A stretch of 55,171 nucleotides of DNA from assembly GCA_028706005.1 (NCBI GenBank), contig JAQWCI010000001.1:1-55171 (forward strand), given 5' to 3'. Each line of letters begins with the position of its first letter. Within the stretch, counting starts at the first letter, position 1. The stretch comes from Lachnospiraceae bacterium (GTDB lineage Bacteria > Bacillota > Clostridia > Lachnospirales > Lachnospiraceae). The notes below the pieces were generated by a model. That model had not been told where the DNA came from, made no database searches, and was given only the letters and a program-made list of their open reading frames with translations. The position numbers and the translations under genes were made by a program. This document shows positions 30,165-40,129 of the stretch, one piece after another.

Positions 30165-30521
30165 TTATTTCTGTTCTCCAAATACTTTTCCTGCTTTTTT
30201 GATATCTCTTATGTAGAGCACAAGGATCAGCATAAAGACCAGAATTATTGTAAGTTCGATCCACCCGTTACCGGCAAGCTGCGGGAAAACAATATCCCAG
30301 CATCCGCTGAGCGTGACTACGATACCGAGAATAACAGTTCTCGGGAACATGAACTTTATAAAGCCGTCCTTATTCTTGATCGTACTGTCATTTGCTCCCG
30401 GCGACAGCATAAGGCTCTTTGATATCTTCCCGTCCTTCTTCAGAATTATTGCCGCATATATGATATATGCCCCGAAAGCTATTATAAGAATATTAAAAAT
30501 ATCAATTGCTGAACTGTCCAT
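30165..30521 (-). CDS. Small membrane protein (about 3 TM helices)
   Basis: Three hydrophobic stretches; GGAGG RBS; co-oriented between thrC and the peptidase. Confidence 0.75.
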   Translation of the reverse strand: MDSSAIDIFNILIIAFGAYIIYAAIILKKDGKISKSLMLSPGANDSTIKNKDGFIKFMFPRTVILGIVVTLSGCWDIVFPQLAGNGWIELTIILVFMLILVLYIRDIKKAGKVFGEQK

Positions 30522-30593
30522 AAAAGACCTCCATTATTTATATTTCCTGCTGTCTGATTCGCTGCTGATAACTGTCTGCCTTAAGGCTTTCAA

Positions 30594-32090
30594 TCAATCT
30601 ATCCCAAGAAATTTAAGGACTTCGTCCTTCATCTCATCCTTACCGCAAATCATTTTGTGGCGTATATCCGCACCTTTAAGCGACAGAATTGCATCAGGTA
30701 CAGCAACATTTGCGGCCTTTGACAATTCATCCGCAAGGCTCAGATCATCAGCATCTGTCGGAAGACCGATGGCTTTCAAAACTGATGTTTCGAATTTGAA
30801 AGGACTGGCCGTTGAAACAATTACTGTCGGAGTTTTATCTCCTGTCTCTTCCACATACTCTTTGTAAACATGTCTTGCTACCGCAGTATGCGGGTCAATG
30901 ACGTAACCTGTCTCATCATAGAGCGAACGTATCGCCGATGCAGTGTCATCTTCTGAGGCATAACCCTCGCTGAAATCGCCCAGCTTATCTTTCATTTCTT
31001 CAGTGATACTGTATTTACCGCTTGTGACAAGATCCTTCATATACGACGAATCCTTTGATGCACTGTCCCCTGCGATGTGGTATATGAGCCTCTCGAGATT
31101 GCTGGAAACAAGAATATCCATCGACGGCGAAGAAGTCAGTATGAACTCCCTGTTCCTGTCGTATTTACCGGTCCTGAAGAAGTCATAAAGGACCTTGTTG
31201 GAATTGGAAGCACAGACAAGTTTGTCGATCGGAAGACCCATTTGTTTTGCATAATAAGCGGAGAGAATATTTCCGAAATTTCCTGTCGGAACAACGAAAT
31301 TTATCTTATCTCCGGCTTTTATCCTGTTCTCATTTACAAGCTTTGAATATGCATAAACATAATAAACTATCTGAGGCACAAGACGCCCGATATTTATTGA
31401 ATTAGCTGATGAGAACTGATACCCGTTGGAAGCCAGGTCAGCCGCGAGATCTTTGTCTGTAAAGATCTTCTTGACGCCCGTCTGGGCATCGTCAAAATTT
31501 CCTTCAATGCCGATCACGCAGGTATTGTCACCCTTCTGTGTGATCATCTGGCGCTTCTGGATCGAAGACACGCCGTCCTTTGGGTAAAAGACAACGATCC
31601 TGGTTCCAGGGACGTCGGCAAATCCGGCCAGTGCCGCTTTCCCGGTGTCTCCGCTTGTCGCAGTCAGTATGACAATTTCCTTGTCATCATTATTCTTCTT
31701 TGCTGCTGTGATCATCAGATAGGGAAGTATTGAAAGTGCCATATCTTTGAACGCTATTGTGCGGCCATGGAAAAGTTCGAGATAATACGCACCGTCTGCT
31801 TCGACCATAGGTGCGATCTCATCGTTGTCGAACTTATCATCATATGCTTTGGCAATGCAGTCCTTTAGTTCTTCTTCGGAATAATCTGACAGCAACAGTT
31901 TCAGGACATCGTATGCGGTCTCCTGGTATGATTCCTTTGCAAACTCGTCAAAACTTCTGTCAAACTTTGGAAACTCTGTCGGGACAAAAAGGCCTCCGTC
32001 ATCAGCAAGTCCTTTCAGTATCGCCTTTGAAGCGCTTATTGGAGCTCCGTCGCTCCTCGTGCTCTTATAAAGTATCTCTTTCAAACCCAT
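30594..32090 (-). CDS. thrC: Threonine synthase
   Basis: GLADDGGLFVP, ELFHGRTIAFKD (PLP Lys), ATSGDTG, NSINIGR, PTGNFGN, SPSMDI, DPHTA. Confidence 0.97.
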   Translation of the reverse strand: MGLKEILYKSTRSDGAPISASKAILKGLADDGGLFVPTEFPKFDRSFDEFAKESYQETAYDVLKLLLSDYSEEELKDCIAKAYDDKFDNDEIAPMVEADGAYYLELFHGRTIAFKDMALSILPYLMITAAKKNNDDKEIVILTATSGDTGKAALAGFADVPGTRIVVFYPKDGVSSIQKRQMITQKGDNTCVIGIEGNFDDAQTGVKKIFTDKDLAADLASNGYQFSSANSINIGRLVPQIVYYVYAYSKLVNENRIKAGDKINFVVPTGNFGNILSAYYAKQMGLPIDKLVCASNSNKVLYDFFRTGKYDRNREFILTSSPSMDILVSSNLERLIYHIAGDSASKDSSYMKDLVTSGKYSITEEMKDKLGDFSEGYASEDDTASAIRSLYDETGYVIDPHTAVARHVYKEYVEETGDKTPTVIVSTASPFKFETSVLKAIGLPTDADDLSLADELSKAANVAVPDAILSLKGADIRHKMICGKDEMKDEVLKFLGID

Positions 32091-32166
32091 ACCTCCAATA
32101 ATCAGTATTTATCTACTATACGCTGAAAACAGGCAAAATGCATCAATTAAGGTGTGAATGGTCATG

Positions 32167-33234
32167 TCATCCCCTGTCTTCAGGTGTCCTGCTGTCTGAC
32201 TCCAGCACATCAGTATCAAGCTCATTTTCCCATACCATATCGTCGCTATCCTTCTCCTCAGCTCGTTCTCTTTCAAGCCGCTCTCTTCTGCGCCTTGCCT
32301 CGCGGATTTTTCTCGCCGAGCGCCCGGTCTGTATGAGTCCGAACGGCACAGGAAGAAGTTTTCTGTCGATGATAACAACTGTAAGATCGCAAAGTATAAG
32401 GGCAAAAACGACTGCATCCTCTACATAGCCCATGAGTCTGAATACAGCTGTAAAACATCCGAATATCAATCCGAAAATTAATCTGCCCTTCTTAGTGAGC
32501 GGTCTGGTCGAATAGTCCTCTGCCATGAAGAAGACAGTGAACAAAAAGCTTCCCCCGATATATTGAACAGCAAAGAATACCGGATTCCAACCGTTCTTTC
32601 CAAATAATATCATAAGTATCGTAAAACTGATAAATGCACCAATCGGGATCGACAGATCAATTATTCCAACCAGCAGCAGAATAACTGCTCCTGCCAGTAT
32701 TGCCACTGCACACCCTGTCCCGATACATGCCGCGGTGTTCCCGGTCAGCAGATCGACAAGATTTACATCATTGCCGTTGACCATATCTGTGAGCGGTGTC
32801 TGCTTTCCAAAACTATCGCATGAATAATCGTTCATTTTGCTTCGGAACGCCACGACAAGAAGCAGCTTGCCTGTCATGGCAGGATTCAATATATTCTTAC
32901 CAATCCCGCCAAAAGCCATCTTAAACGCGAGAATTCCGACAGCACTTCCTACAACAGGGAAATACAGTGGAACATTCGGAGGAAGGATCATTCCGAGTAT
33001 CAGGCCGCTTACAGCAGCTGAATAGTCATTGATCGTTATAGTCCTGCGGAAAATAACCTCAAAAAGAAGTTCACACACTACAGCTGTTGAGGTCGACAAC
33101 ACAATGATCAATGCCGCATGAAGACCGTAATGAAATACGCCCATGTAAACTGACGGTAATAAAGACAGGATGACGAGGAACATCATCCCACCTGTTGTCA
33201 TTGATGATTTTGTAAATGGTTTTGTACCTGTCAT
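32167..33234 (-). CDS. rnfD: RnfD-like membrane subunit (divergent)
   Basis: D.SAAVSG...LPP, FGGIGKNILNPAM, TPL, G..A.CIG; multiple TM helices; overlaps the rnfC stop. Confidence 0.8.
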   Translation of the reverse strand: MTGTKPFTKSSMTTGGMMFLVILSLLPSVYMGVFHYGLHAALIIVLSTSTAVVCELLFEVIFRRTITINDYSAAVSGLILGMILPPNVPLYFPVVGSAVGILAFKMAFGGIGKNILNPAMTGKLLLVVAFRSKMNDYSCDSFGKQTPLTDMVNGNDVNLVDLLTGNTAACIGTGCAVAILAGAVILLLVGIIDLSIPIGAFISFTILMILFGKNGWNPVFFAVQYIGGSFLFTVFFMAEDYSTRPLTKKGRLIFGLIFGCFTAVFRLMGYVEDAVVFALILCDLTVVIIDRKLLPVPFGLIQTGRSARKIREARRRRERLERERAEEKDSDDMVWENELDTDVLESDSRTPEDRG

Positions 33235-34589
33235 TTTTGTTCCCGGTAACTGAGACGCCTTGAATAATCCCCGGCCTCATCAGGATTTGCGAGTATCTCG
33301 CGTTTCATGTTATTGATCTTATCTGCAAGATCGATCTTGGACGGACAAATATAACTGCAGCAGACACAGTTGCAGCACTCGAGCCCATGATGCTTTATGA
33401 AGGATGTTTTGTCTCCCTTAAGAGCATCATTATAAATTGTTATAGGTAAAAGCTTATCCGGGCAGATCTCAACGCAGCGGCCACACCGTGAGCAGGCTGT
33501 TTCCTTCATGGCAGCAGCTCTGTCTTTTGAAAGAGCTATGATTCCTGAACTGAGCTTCGTTATCGGAACATTGAGATTTGTAATGCGTTTACCTGTCATT
33601 GTCCCGCCGTCAAGGATAAGTGCAGGTCTTGACGAGAATCCGCCGGCTCTTTCGATCAGTTCAGCATAGCTCATGCCTATCCTTACACGATAGTTTCTGG
33701 GTCTTGCTATGCAGTCACCTGAAACAGTGATAAGTCTTGTCAGCAGCGGTTCATACAACATCACAGCCTGATTTACTGCTACAAGGGTATCAACGTTGTT
33801 CACTATGCAGCCAATGTCAGACGGCAGCATCTTGCTGTTCATTGTCCGTCCGGTAAGTGCATATATCAGCTGACGTTCTGAACCCTGCGGAAATTTTGAT
33901 TCCAGTTTTTTGACATAAATTCTGTGATCACCGGCTGTATATCTTCTGAGTTCTGAATATACATCCTGCATGCTCTCATCGAGGGCTATTATTCCTCTGG
34001 CTTTCGGGAAGACCTTAAGTAATATTCTAAGACCATTGAGCACTTTGGCCGGGTTCTCTACTATTCGTCTGTAATCAGACGTAAGGTAAGGCTCACATTC
34101 GACGCAATTTGCAATACAATAATCAATTTCATCAGGATGTTCATATGATAGCTTGATATGAGTGGGAAGTCCTGCTCCGCCCATGCCTACGACACCTGCT
34201 CCTCTGACGGCACTCTCAATAGCGATCGGTGTCAGATTCCCAAATTTTCTTACGGGGGGATATGGTATCTCACTGAATCTGTCGTCATTGCTTATTACGA
34301 TACACTTCTCCTGCTTTTCACCGACTGTTTCACAATCGCGGATAGCCACGACCATTCCGGAGACAGACGAATGAATATTAGCGGAAAAATCTCCGTCAGC
34401 CTTTGCGATCATCTGCCCTGTCAGCACAGGATCTCCTACCTTCACGCAGGGAATTGCCGGTGCTCCCATATGCTGCAGAAGAGGGAAAACAACTATACCG
34501 CGCGGATATACAGTTTTGATCGGCATGTGCCTGGAAAGATCTTTCCCATCATATGGATGCACACCGCCGGTGAACGTACCTCTTGCCAT
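33231..34589 (-). CDS. rnfC: RnfC-like (RsxC) electron transport subunit
   Basis: TFTGGVHP, HSSVSG, GMGGAGLPT, ECEPYLTSD, FPQGSE; two 4Fe-4S motifs CSRCGRCVEICP and CCNCVCCSYICP. Confidence 0.88.
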   Translation of the reverse strand: MARGTFTGGVHPYDGKDLSRHMPIKTVYPRGIVVFPLLQHMGAPAIPCVKVGDPVLTGQMIAKADGDFSANIHSSVSGMVVAIRDCETVGEKQEKCIVISNDDRFSEIPYPPVRKFGNLTPIAIESAVRGAGVVGMGGAGLPTHIKLSYEHPDEIDYCIANCVECEPYLTSDYRRIVENPAKVLNGLRILLKVFPKARGIIALDESMQDVYSELRRYTAGDHRIYVKKLESKFPQGSERQLIYALTGRTMNSKMLPSDIGCIVNNVDTLVAVNQAVMLYEPLLTRLITVSGDCIARPRNYRVRIGMSYAELIERAGGFSSRPALILDGGTMTGKRITNLNVPITKLSSGIIALSKDRAAAMKETACSRCGRCVEICPDKLLPITIYNDALKGDKTSFIKHHGLECCNCVCCSYICPSKIDLADKINNMKREILANPDEAGDYSRRLSYREQK

Positions 34590-34689
34590 CTATGCCTCGT
34601 TGGATAATTCGTTTACATATGTCACCTGTGAATTGTAACATAAATAAATCCATATATGGTAGAATTACTGCATTATCGAGAGGCTCAAA

Positions 34690-35841
34690 ATGCAGATATT
34701 CAAGAACAAATTGACAACGATTTCAGACCCGGCCGCATTCGGGCTTGATTGCCCGCTTTCAGATCTGGTCCTGCTTGACATTGAAACGACAGGTCTGAGT
34801 GCCATTAATGATTCTATAATTCTTATCGGCTGTGTATGTTTTGATAGCGAATATGCTGACAATAATGACGGCGAAATGATCCAGATATTTGCGGACACTC
34901 CTGATGAGGAGCCTGAAATAATAAAGGCTTTTTCGGATATAGTAAAGGACAGGAAAACTCTTGTTCATTTCAATGGTGATCGTTTCGATGTGCCGTTCAT
35001 CAGGAAATCATCAGAAAAGTACGGTATTGACGATCCGATGACTGGTATGGAATCTGTTGATCTCTATAAGCCGGTATCACGATTCCGCAATATGCTGGGG
35101 CTGATCGACTGCAAGCAGCAGACGGTTGAAGATTTCCTCGGAACTGAAAGAACTGAGCACACGACCGGCCGCGATGTCGTAAGAGAATACGCTGATTATG
35201 TAAAGACAGCAAGCAGTGATGATCTGACAAAGATCATTGATCACAATGCATCTGATCTGGAAGGGCTCGTCAGTCTCCTGCCGCTGCTTTCATATTCCAC
35301 ATTGTTCTCATCAGCTCCCAGTGTATACAGAGCCGAGGCTGACTCCTATTCTGATGCATCAGGCGTGACAAGAGAGGAAGTTATTCTACGTTTCCACTCT
35401 GACATTAACTTGCCAAAACCTGTATTCGGCACTAAAGATGGATGTTTCTTCAAGGCTGAGCATCCTAAAGGAGATTCAGGCGAAGGCGGAACAGAAGGTA
35501 TCGTCAAAATACCGCTCGTATCAAAAGAGCTAAGATATTTCTACGCTGATTATAAAAACTATTATTATTTTCCGGAACAGGATCAGGCGCTTCACAGATC
35601 TATAGCATCATTCACAGAGAAGACCCACAGAATACCTGCTTCTCCGGAAAACTGTTACACAAGAAAGTCATCCTCTTTTCTCCCTGAATGGGATGCATTC
35701 AGGGACCCTTTCTTCAAAGAAAAATATGACTCTGCTACTCTCTGGTTTGAACTTACGCCGGAGATTAAAAAGGACAGAACGCTTCTGTCCGAGTATGCGC
35801 TGTATGTTATGAAGCATATATTGGAAAAATCTTCTAAATAA
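34690..35841 (+). CDS. YprB/MrfB-like RNase H-fold (DEDD) exonuclease domain protein
   Basis: DIETTGL, HFNGDRFDVPF, HNASD catalytic pattern (RNase_H_2 type). Confidence 0.85.
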   Translation: MQIFKNKLTTISDPAAFGLDCPLSDLVLLDIETTGLSAINDSIILIGCVCFDSEYADNNDGEMIQIFADTPDEEPEIIKAFSDIVKDRKTLVHFNGDRFDVPFIRKSSEKYGIDDPMTGMESVDLYKPVSRFRNMLGLIDCKQQTVEDFLGTERTEHTTGRDVVREYADYVKTASSDDLTKIIDHNASDLEGLVSLLPLLSYSTLFSSAPSVYRAEADSYSDASGVTREEVILRFHSDINLPKPVFGTKDGCFFKAEHPKGDSGEGGTEGIVKIPLVSKELRYFYADYKNYYYFPEQDQALHRSIASFTEKTHRIPASPENCYTRKSSSFLPEWDAFRDPFFKEKYDSATLWFELTPEIKKDRTLLSEYALYVMKHILEKSSK

Positions 35842-35880
35842 TGAATATGCTGTAGAATACACTTTTTACTCTGGCATCAC

Positions 35881-35920
35881 AAAAGGCAGCTGATCAATTG
35901 ATGATCAACTGCCTTATCTT
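35881..35920. terminator. Probable bidirectional terminator between convergent genes
   Basis: AAAAGGCAGCTGATCA-ATTGA-TGATCAACTGCCTT, with T-rich tracts following on both strands. Confidence 0.7.
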
Positions 35921-35949
35921 TAGTCTGATGATTTGTCAGGAATTATTAC

Positions 35950-37107
35950 TTACTCCTGATCGTCGTCCTTCTGAGCTGCGATTGCTGCTTCGACATCTAC
36001 AGAAACAACATCCTCGTCATTCTCTTCTTCCTTCTTCTTTGTATCTTCATCCTGAAGGAGAGCCTTGATGCTGAGGCTTATCTTGTTCTCAGCTTCGTTG
36101 AAATCAACGATCTTAGCTGTAACTTCTTCACCGTTCTTAAGAACATCTGAAGGCTTATCAATATGCTCCTTGGCGATCTGTGAAACATGGAGCAGAGCAT
36201 CAATGCCCGGCTCAAGTTCTACAAATGCACCAAAGTCTGTCATGCGAGCGACTTTGCCGGTCACAATATTACCTATTGCATATTTCTCTGAAGCTCCTGC
36301 CCATGGATTCTCATCAGGGAACTTGAGTGAAAGAGCAATCTTTGTGCCCTGAATATCCTTAACAAGAACTCTTAATGTCTCGCCGACCTTAAATACCTTC
36401 TTGGGATTCTCAACGCGGCCCCAGCTCATCTCTGAGATGTGGAGCAGACCATCGGCTCCGCCGAGATCTACGAATGCACCAAAATCTGTGATATTCTTGA
36501 CAGTTCCTTCAACAACATCTCCGACCTTGAGTGTCTCGAAGAGTTTCTTCTGAAGTTCTGCTCTTGCAGCCATGAGAAGCTGCTTGCGGTCACCAATATA
36601 ACGGCGTCTGTGCGGATTGTACTCGATAACAACGAACTGGATTTCCTGATCCTGATACTTTGTAAGATCCTTCTCATAAGAATCCGAAACAAGTGAAGCA
36701 GGAATAAATACTCTTACGCCGTCAACATTGACACTGAGTCCGCCGCTCAACACCTGCTCTACCTTAGCGGTAAGAACTTCCTTGTTGTTGAAAGCATCTT
36801 CGATCTTCTTGTCTCCGCGGTCAGCTGCAAGTCTCTTGTAGCTCAGAAGGACCTGTCCTTCTCCGTCGTTGACTCTTGTTACCTTTACTTCCAGTGTGTC
36901 ACCTGGTTTGAGTTTGGTCGTCAAATCAAGCGAGTTATCGTTACTGTATTCATTACGGGTGAGAATACCGTCAGACTTGTAATTGATGTTAAGTACGGCT
37001 TCTTCCGGCTTAACGTCGATTACCTTGCCCTCGACCACTTCTCCTGTGTGTATTGTTCTGAATGATTCATTCAGCATTTGTTCAAAATTCTCTTCCTGTT
37101 CGGACAT
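35950..37107 (-). CDS. rpsA: 30S ribosomal protein S1 (four S1 domains)
   Basis: Repeated S1 motifs [18 protein letters not shown] and [20 protein letters not shown]. Start MSEQ after GGAGG inside ispH. Confidence 0.95.
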   Translation of the reverse strand: MSEQEENFEQMLNESFRTIHTGEVVEGKVIDVKPEEAVLNINYKSDGILTRNEYSNDNSLDLTTKLKPGDTLEVKVTRVNDGEGQVLLSYKRLAADRGDKKIEDAFNNKEVLTAKVEQVLSGGLSVNVDGVRVFIPASLVSDSYEKDLTKYQDQEIQFVVIEYNPHRRRYIGDRKQLLMAARAELQKKLFETLKVGDVVEGTVKNITDFGAFVDLGGADGLLHISEMSWGRVENPKKVFKVGETLRVLVKDIQGTKIALSLKFPDENPWAGASEKYAIGNIVTGKVARMTDFGAFVELEPGIDALLHVSQIAKEHIDKPSDVLKNGEEVTAKIVDFNEAENKISLSIKALLQDEDTKKKEEENDEDVVSVDVEAAIAAQKDDDQE

Positions 37108-37960
37108 AATTTTGAACCTCCTCAATGATATTTTTTGGGGTCGATGCCCCGGCGGTGATGCCAATTACCTTTTCCTTTCCAGAAAGGTTAAGATGAAGGT
37201 CATCTACCGTCTGTATGAAAAAGGTGTTCGCGCATTCCTTACCGCAGATCTCATAAAGTTTTGCGGAATTGGAACTCGTCTTCCCACCTATAACTATCAT
37301 AACATCTGCATCAGAAGCAATACTGCGGGCTTCTTCCTGTCTCTCTCTTGTGGCATTACAGATGGTATTGACAACATTTACATTGTACAGTCTTGATTTC
37401 AAAATAGCAACCAATTCATTGAATTTTATTACGTTGAAGGTAGTCTGAGATACGATGCAGACAGGCTTTTCGGGGTCCCCGCTGTAACTTTCTGCCTCTT
37501 CTTCGTTTTCGATCACAACAGCAGGTGTGGATGACCATCCCATAATTCCTACTACTTCGGGGTGCCCGGCGTTACCGATTATTATGATCTGAGCCCCGCC
37601 GTCACTCTCCTCCTCTACAATTCTGTGGATCCTCTGAACGAACGGACATGTGGCGTCCTGGCACACAGCTCCGCAGGAAGCAGCTCTTTCTGCAAGTTCT
37701 TTCGAAACGCCATGTGACCTGATAACAATTGTCCCGCTCTTAATTCTGTCTATCTCCTCAGGAGTATTGATGACTTTTACTCCCTTGCGCTCGAGATCCT
37801 CAACCACAGTCTCATTGTGAATTATCGGACCATATGTATAGATAGGTCCGATGACGCCTGAGCCTTCACTCCCGGCCTTATCAACGAGTTCATATACAAG
37901 ATCAACTGCTTTCTGCACGCCAAAACAAAATCCGGCAGTTTTTGCTGTGATTATCTCCAT
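37082..37960 (-). CDS. ispH: 4-hydroxy-3-methylbut-2-enyl diphosphate reductase
   Basis: AGFCFGV, IIHN, SHG, DATCP, HPEV, TICNAT, SSNS, TAGASTP. Confidence 0.96.
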   Translation of the reverse strand: MEIITAKTAGFCFGVQKAVDLVYELVDKAGSEGSGVIGPIYTYGPIIHNETVVEDLERKGVKVINTPEEIDRIKSGTIVIRSHGVSKELAERAASCGAVCQDATCPFVQRIHRIVEEESDGGAQIIIIGNAGHPEVVGIMGWSSTPAVVIENEEEAESYSGDPEKPVCIVSQTTFNVIKFNELVAILKSRLYNVNVVNTICNATRERQEEARSIASDADVMIVIGGKTSSNSAKLYEICGKECANTFFIQTVDDLHLNLSGKEKVIGITAGASTPKNIIEEVQNYVRTGREF

Positions 37961-37979
37961 TTTTGCACTTATCCCCTGA

Positions 37980-38651
37980 CTATAGGATTCCCTTTTGCTT
38001 AACAATATCCATGATCTTCTCGGTGACCTCGTCGATCGTAAGATCTGAAGTGTCGAGATAAATTGCGTCCTCCGCTTGTTTTAGCGGAGAATTTGCCCTG
38101 TGCATGTCGCGGTAATCTCTCTCTTCGATCTCGCGTGAAATCGTTTCGATGTCGGCTTCTCCGCCCTTCTCAATAATTTCATCGAAGCGGCGCTTTGCCC
38201 TGACTGCGACACTTGCCGTCAGATATATTTTGCACTGCGCATGAGGCAGGACGACAGTTCCTATATCGCGCCCGTCCATCACGACATTCGCCTTCTCTGC
38301 GAGCTTCCTTTGAAGTTCCACGAGCTTCACCCGGACATCTGCGTTCGTCGAGCTGACAGAAGCCATGTTGCTGACTTCACCTGTCCTAAGATACGGATTG
38401 ACATTCTGTCCGCCGAGGAGAACTACCTGCTCACCGTCCCTGTACTCTATGCTGATGTCGGCATTCCGGCATTCGCGGCTGACAGCCTCGTTGTCATCAG
38501 CAGCAATATTATTCCTTATAAGGAACAGTGCCATTGCCCTGTACATCGCTCCGGTATCGACATAAATGTACCCGAGTTTCTCCGCTGTCATCCTTGCTAT
38601 CGTACTTTTGCCGGCACCTGCCGGGCCGTCAATCGCAATACTGTATGGCAT
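37980..38651 (-). CDS. cmk: Cytidylate kinase
   Basis: AIDGPAGAGKST, DTGAMYR, DGRDIGTVV. Confidence 0.97.
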   Translation of the reverse strand: MPYSIAIDGPAGAGKSTIARMTAEKLGYIYVDTGAMYRAMALFLIRNNIAADDNEAVSRECRNADISIEYRDGEQVVLLGGQNVNPYLRTGEVSNMASVSSTNADVRVKLVELQRKLAEKANVVMDGRDIGTVVLPHAQCKIYLTASVAVRAKRRFDEIIEKGGEADIETISREIEERDYRDMHRANSPLKQAEDAIYLDTSDLTIDEVTEKIMDIVKQKGIL

Positions 38652-38693
38652 TTGTGACCTCCCATGATTCAAATAATATCCGCTTATTGATGC

Positions 38694-39971
38694 CTATCTG
38701 ATGCTGGAACCTGCAAGGTGTCCTGTCGACCACGCGATCTGCAGATTGAAACCGCCTGTAACTGCGTCGACATCGAGCACTTCTCCTGCGAAATACAGAC
38801 CTGATACTGACTTGGATTCCATCGTTGAAGGATCGATCTCCTTCACGGAAACTCCGCCTTTTGTTATAACTGCTTCGTCAAAACCTCTGGTCCCGCTGAT
38901 CGTCATCGGCACTGCCTTTATGAGTCTGCAGAGTTCGCCGAGTTCCTTTGAATTGATGCTCTTTGCGGTCCTTCCGATATCAATTCCGGAAAGCCTTGCT
39001 ATAATGTCGCCAAATCTTGATGGAAATAAGGACTGTATCGCATTTACATAGTGCCTGTCAGGAGCCTCTTCAAAGATCTTTTTTACTCTGTTTTCCAGTT
39101 CATTTTCCGGGATTGCCGGTTTCGTGTCAAGAAGAAGCCTGAATCCAGATGGATATTTCACAAAATCACACATAGTTGATGCTGTGAGAACGAGTGGTCC
39201 GCTTACCCCGAAGTGAGTGAACAGCATTTCGCCAAAACCCGAATAGACCGGCTTTGCCTTTTTGCCCGAATGACAATTATCTTTCTCAGGTTCTTCATTT
39301 TGTATCGGTGTAATTGTCACCTCAATATTTTTGAGAGCAAGTCCCTGCAGTTCCTCCGGCCACTTCTCAGCTATTTCAAAAGGAACAAGTGACGGTGATG
39401 TCGGGGTGACATCCAATCCTGCAGCTTTGGCAAAACGATAACCGTCGCCTGTAGAACCGGTAGATTTATAAGAAAGTCCTCCGGTACAGACTATTACAGC
39501 ATCAGATGGCAGCTCTCTGCCATCATCAAGTCTGACGCCTCTTACTTGTTTTGGCTTATCAAACAGGATTGCCTGCACTTTAGTGTTGAACTGAATGCCG
39601 ACATGAGCCTTGCGAAGGTGACTCGTCAGAGCTCCCGTGACATCATAGGCATGGTCTGATACTGGGAAAACACGCTCACCGCGCTCAGTTTTGACAGGAC
39701 AGCCATTTTCCTCGAAAAAGGCCTTGACCATATCGTGGTCAAAACTGTAAATACTGCTGTAAAGGAACTTTGGATTTCTCGCAACGTGATCGAAGAAATC
39801 ATTTGTATCACAGTCATTAGTCAGATTACATCTGCCCTTGCCCGTGATAAATATTTTCTTGCCGGCCTTCTCGTTCTTCTCGATGACAGTTACCTTATGC
39901 CCCATATCAGACGCTGCAACTGCAGCCATCAAACCGGCAGCCCCGGCTCCTATTACAATTACTCTGCTCAT
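38694..39971 (-). CDS. HI0933/YhiN family flavoprotein
   Basis: GAGAAG, TGKGRCNLTN, GSTGDG, LFTHFGVSGP, GEVLDVD..TGGFNLQ. Confidence 0.93.
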   Translation of the reverse strand: MSRVIVIGAGAAGLMAAVAASDMGHKVTVIEKNEKAGKKIFITGKGRCNLTNDCDTNDFFDHVARNPKFLYSSIYSFDHDMVKAFFEENGCPVKTERGERVFPVSDHAYDVTGALTSHLRKAHVGIQFNTKVQAILFDKPKQVRGVRLDDGRELPSDAVIVCTGGLSYKSTGSTGDGYRFAKAAGLDVTPTSPSLVPFEIAEKWPEELQGLALKNIEVTITPIQNEEPEKDNCHSGKKAKPVYSGFGEMLFTHFGVSGPLVLTASTMCDFVKYPSGFRLLLDTKPAIPENELENRVKKIFEEAPDRHYVNAIQSLFPSRFGDIIARLSGIDIGRTAKSINSKELGELCRLIKAVPMTISGTRGFDEAVITKGGVSVKEIDPSTMESKSVSGLYFAGEVLDVDAVTGGFNLQIAWSTGHLAGSSIR

Positions 39972-40039
39972 GAATACGTGTACCTCAGTCCTGGCATATA
40001 CCAATGAATAATAATTCCGCTTTCACATTGTAACACAAT

Positions 40040-40082
40040 AAATGAGCTGCCCGCTTCATAGTATCAATAGCAGACAGCTCAT
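40040..40082 (-). terminator. Hairpin/terminator after tpiA
   Basis: ATGAGCTGTCTGC...GCGGGCAGCTCAT-TTATT on minus strand. Confidence 0.55.
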
Positions 40083-40129
40083 TATCAATATCATTCAGCT
40101 TTCAGTGGTAACACTGGGATGCATCCTGA

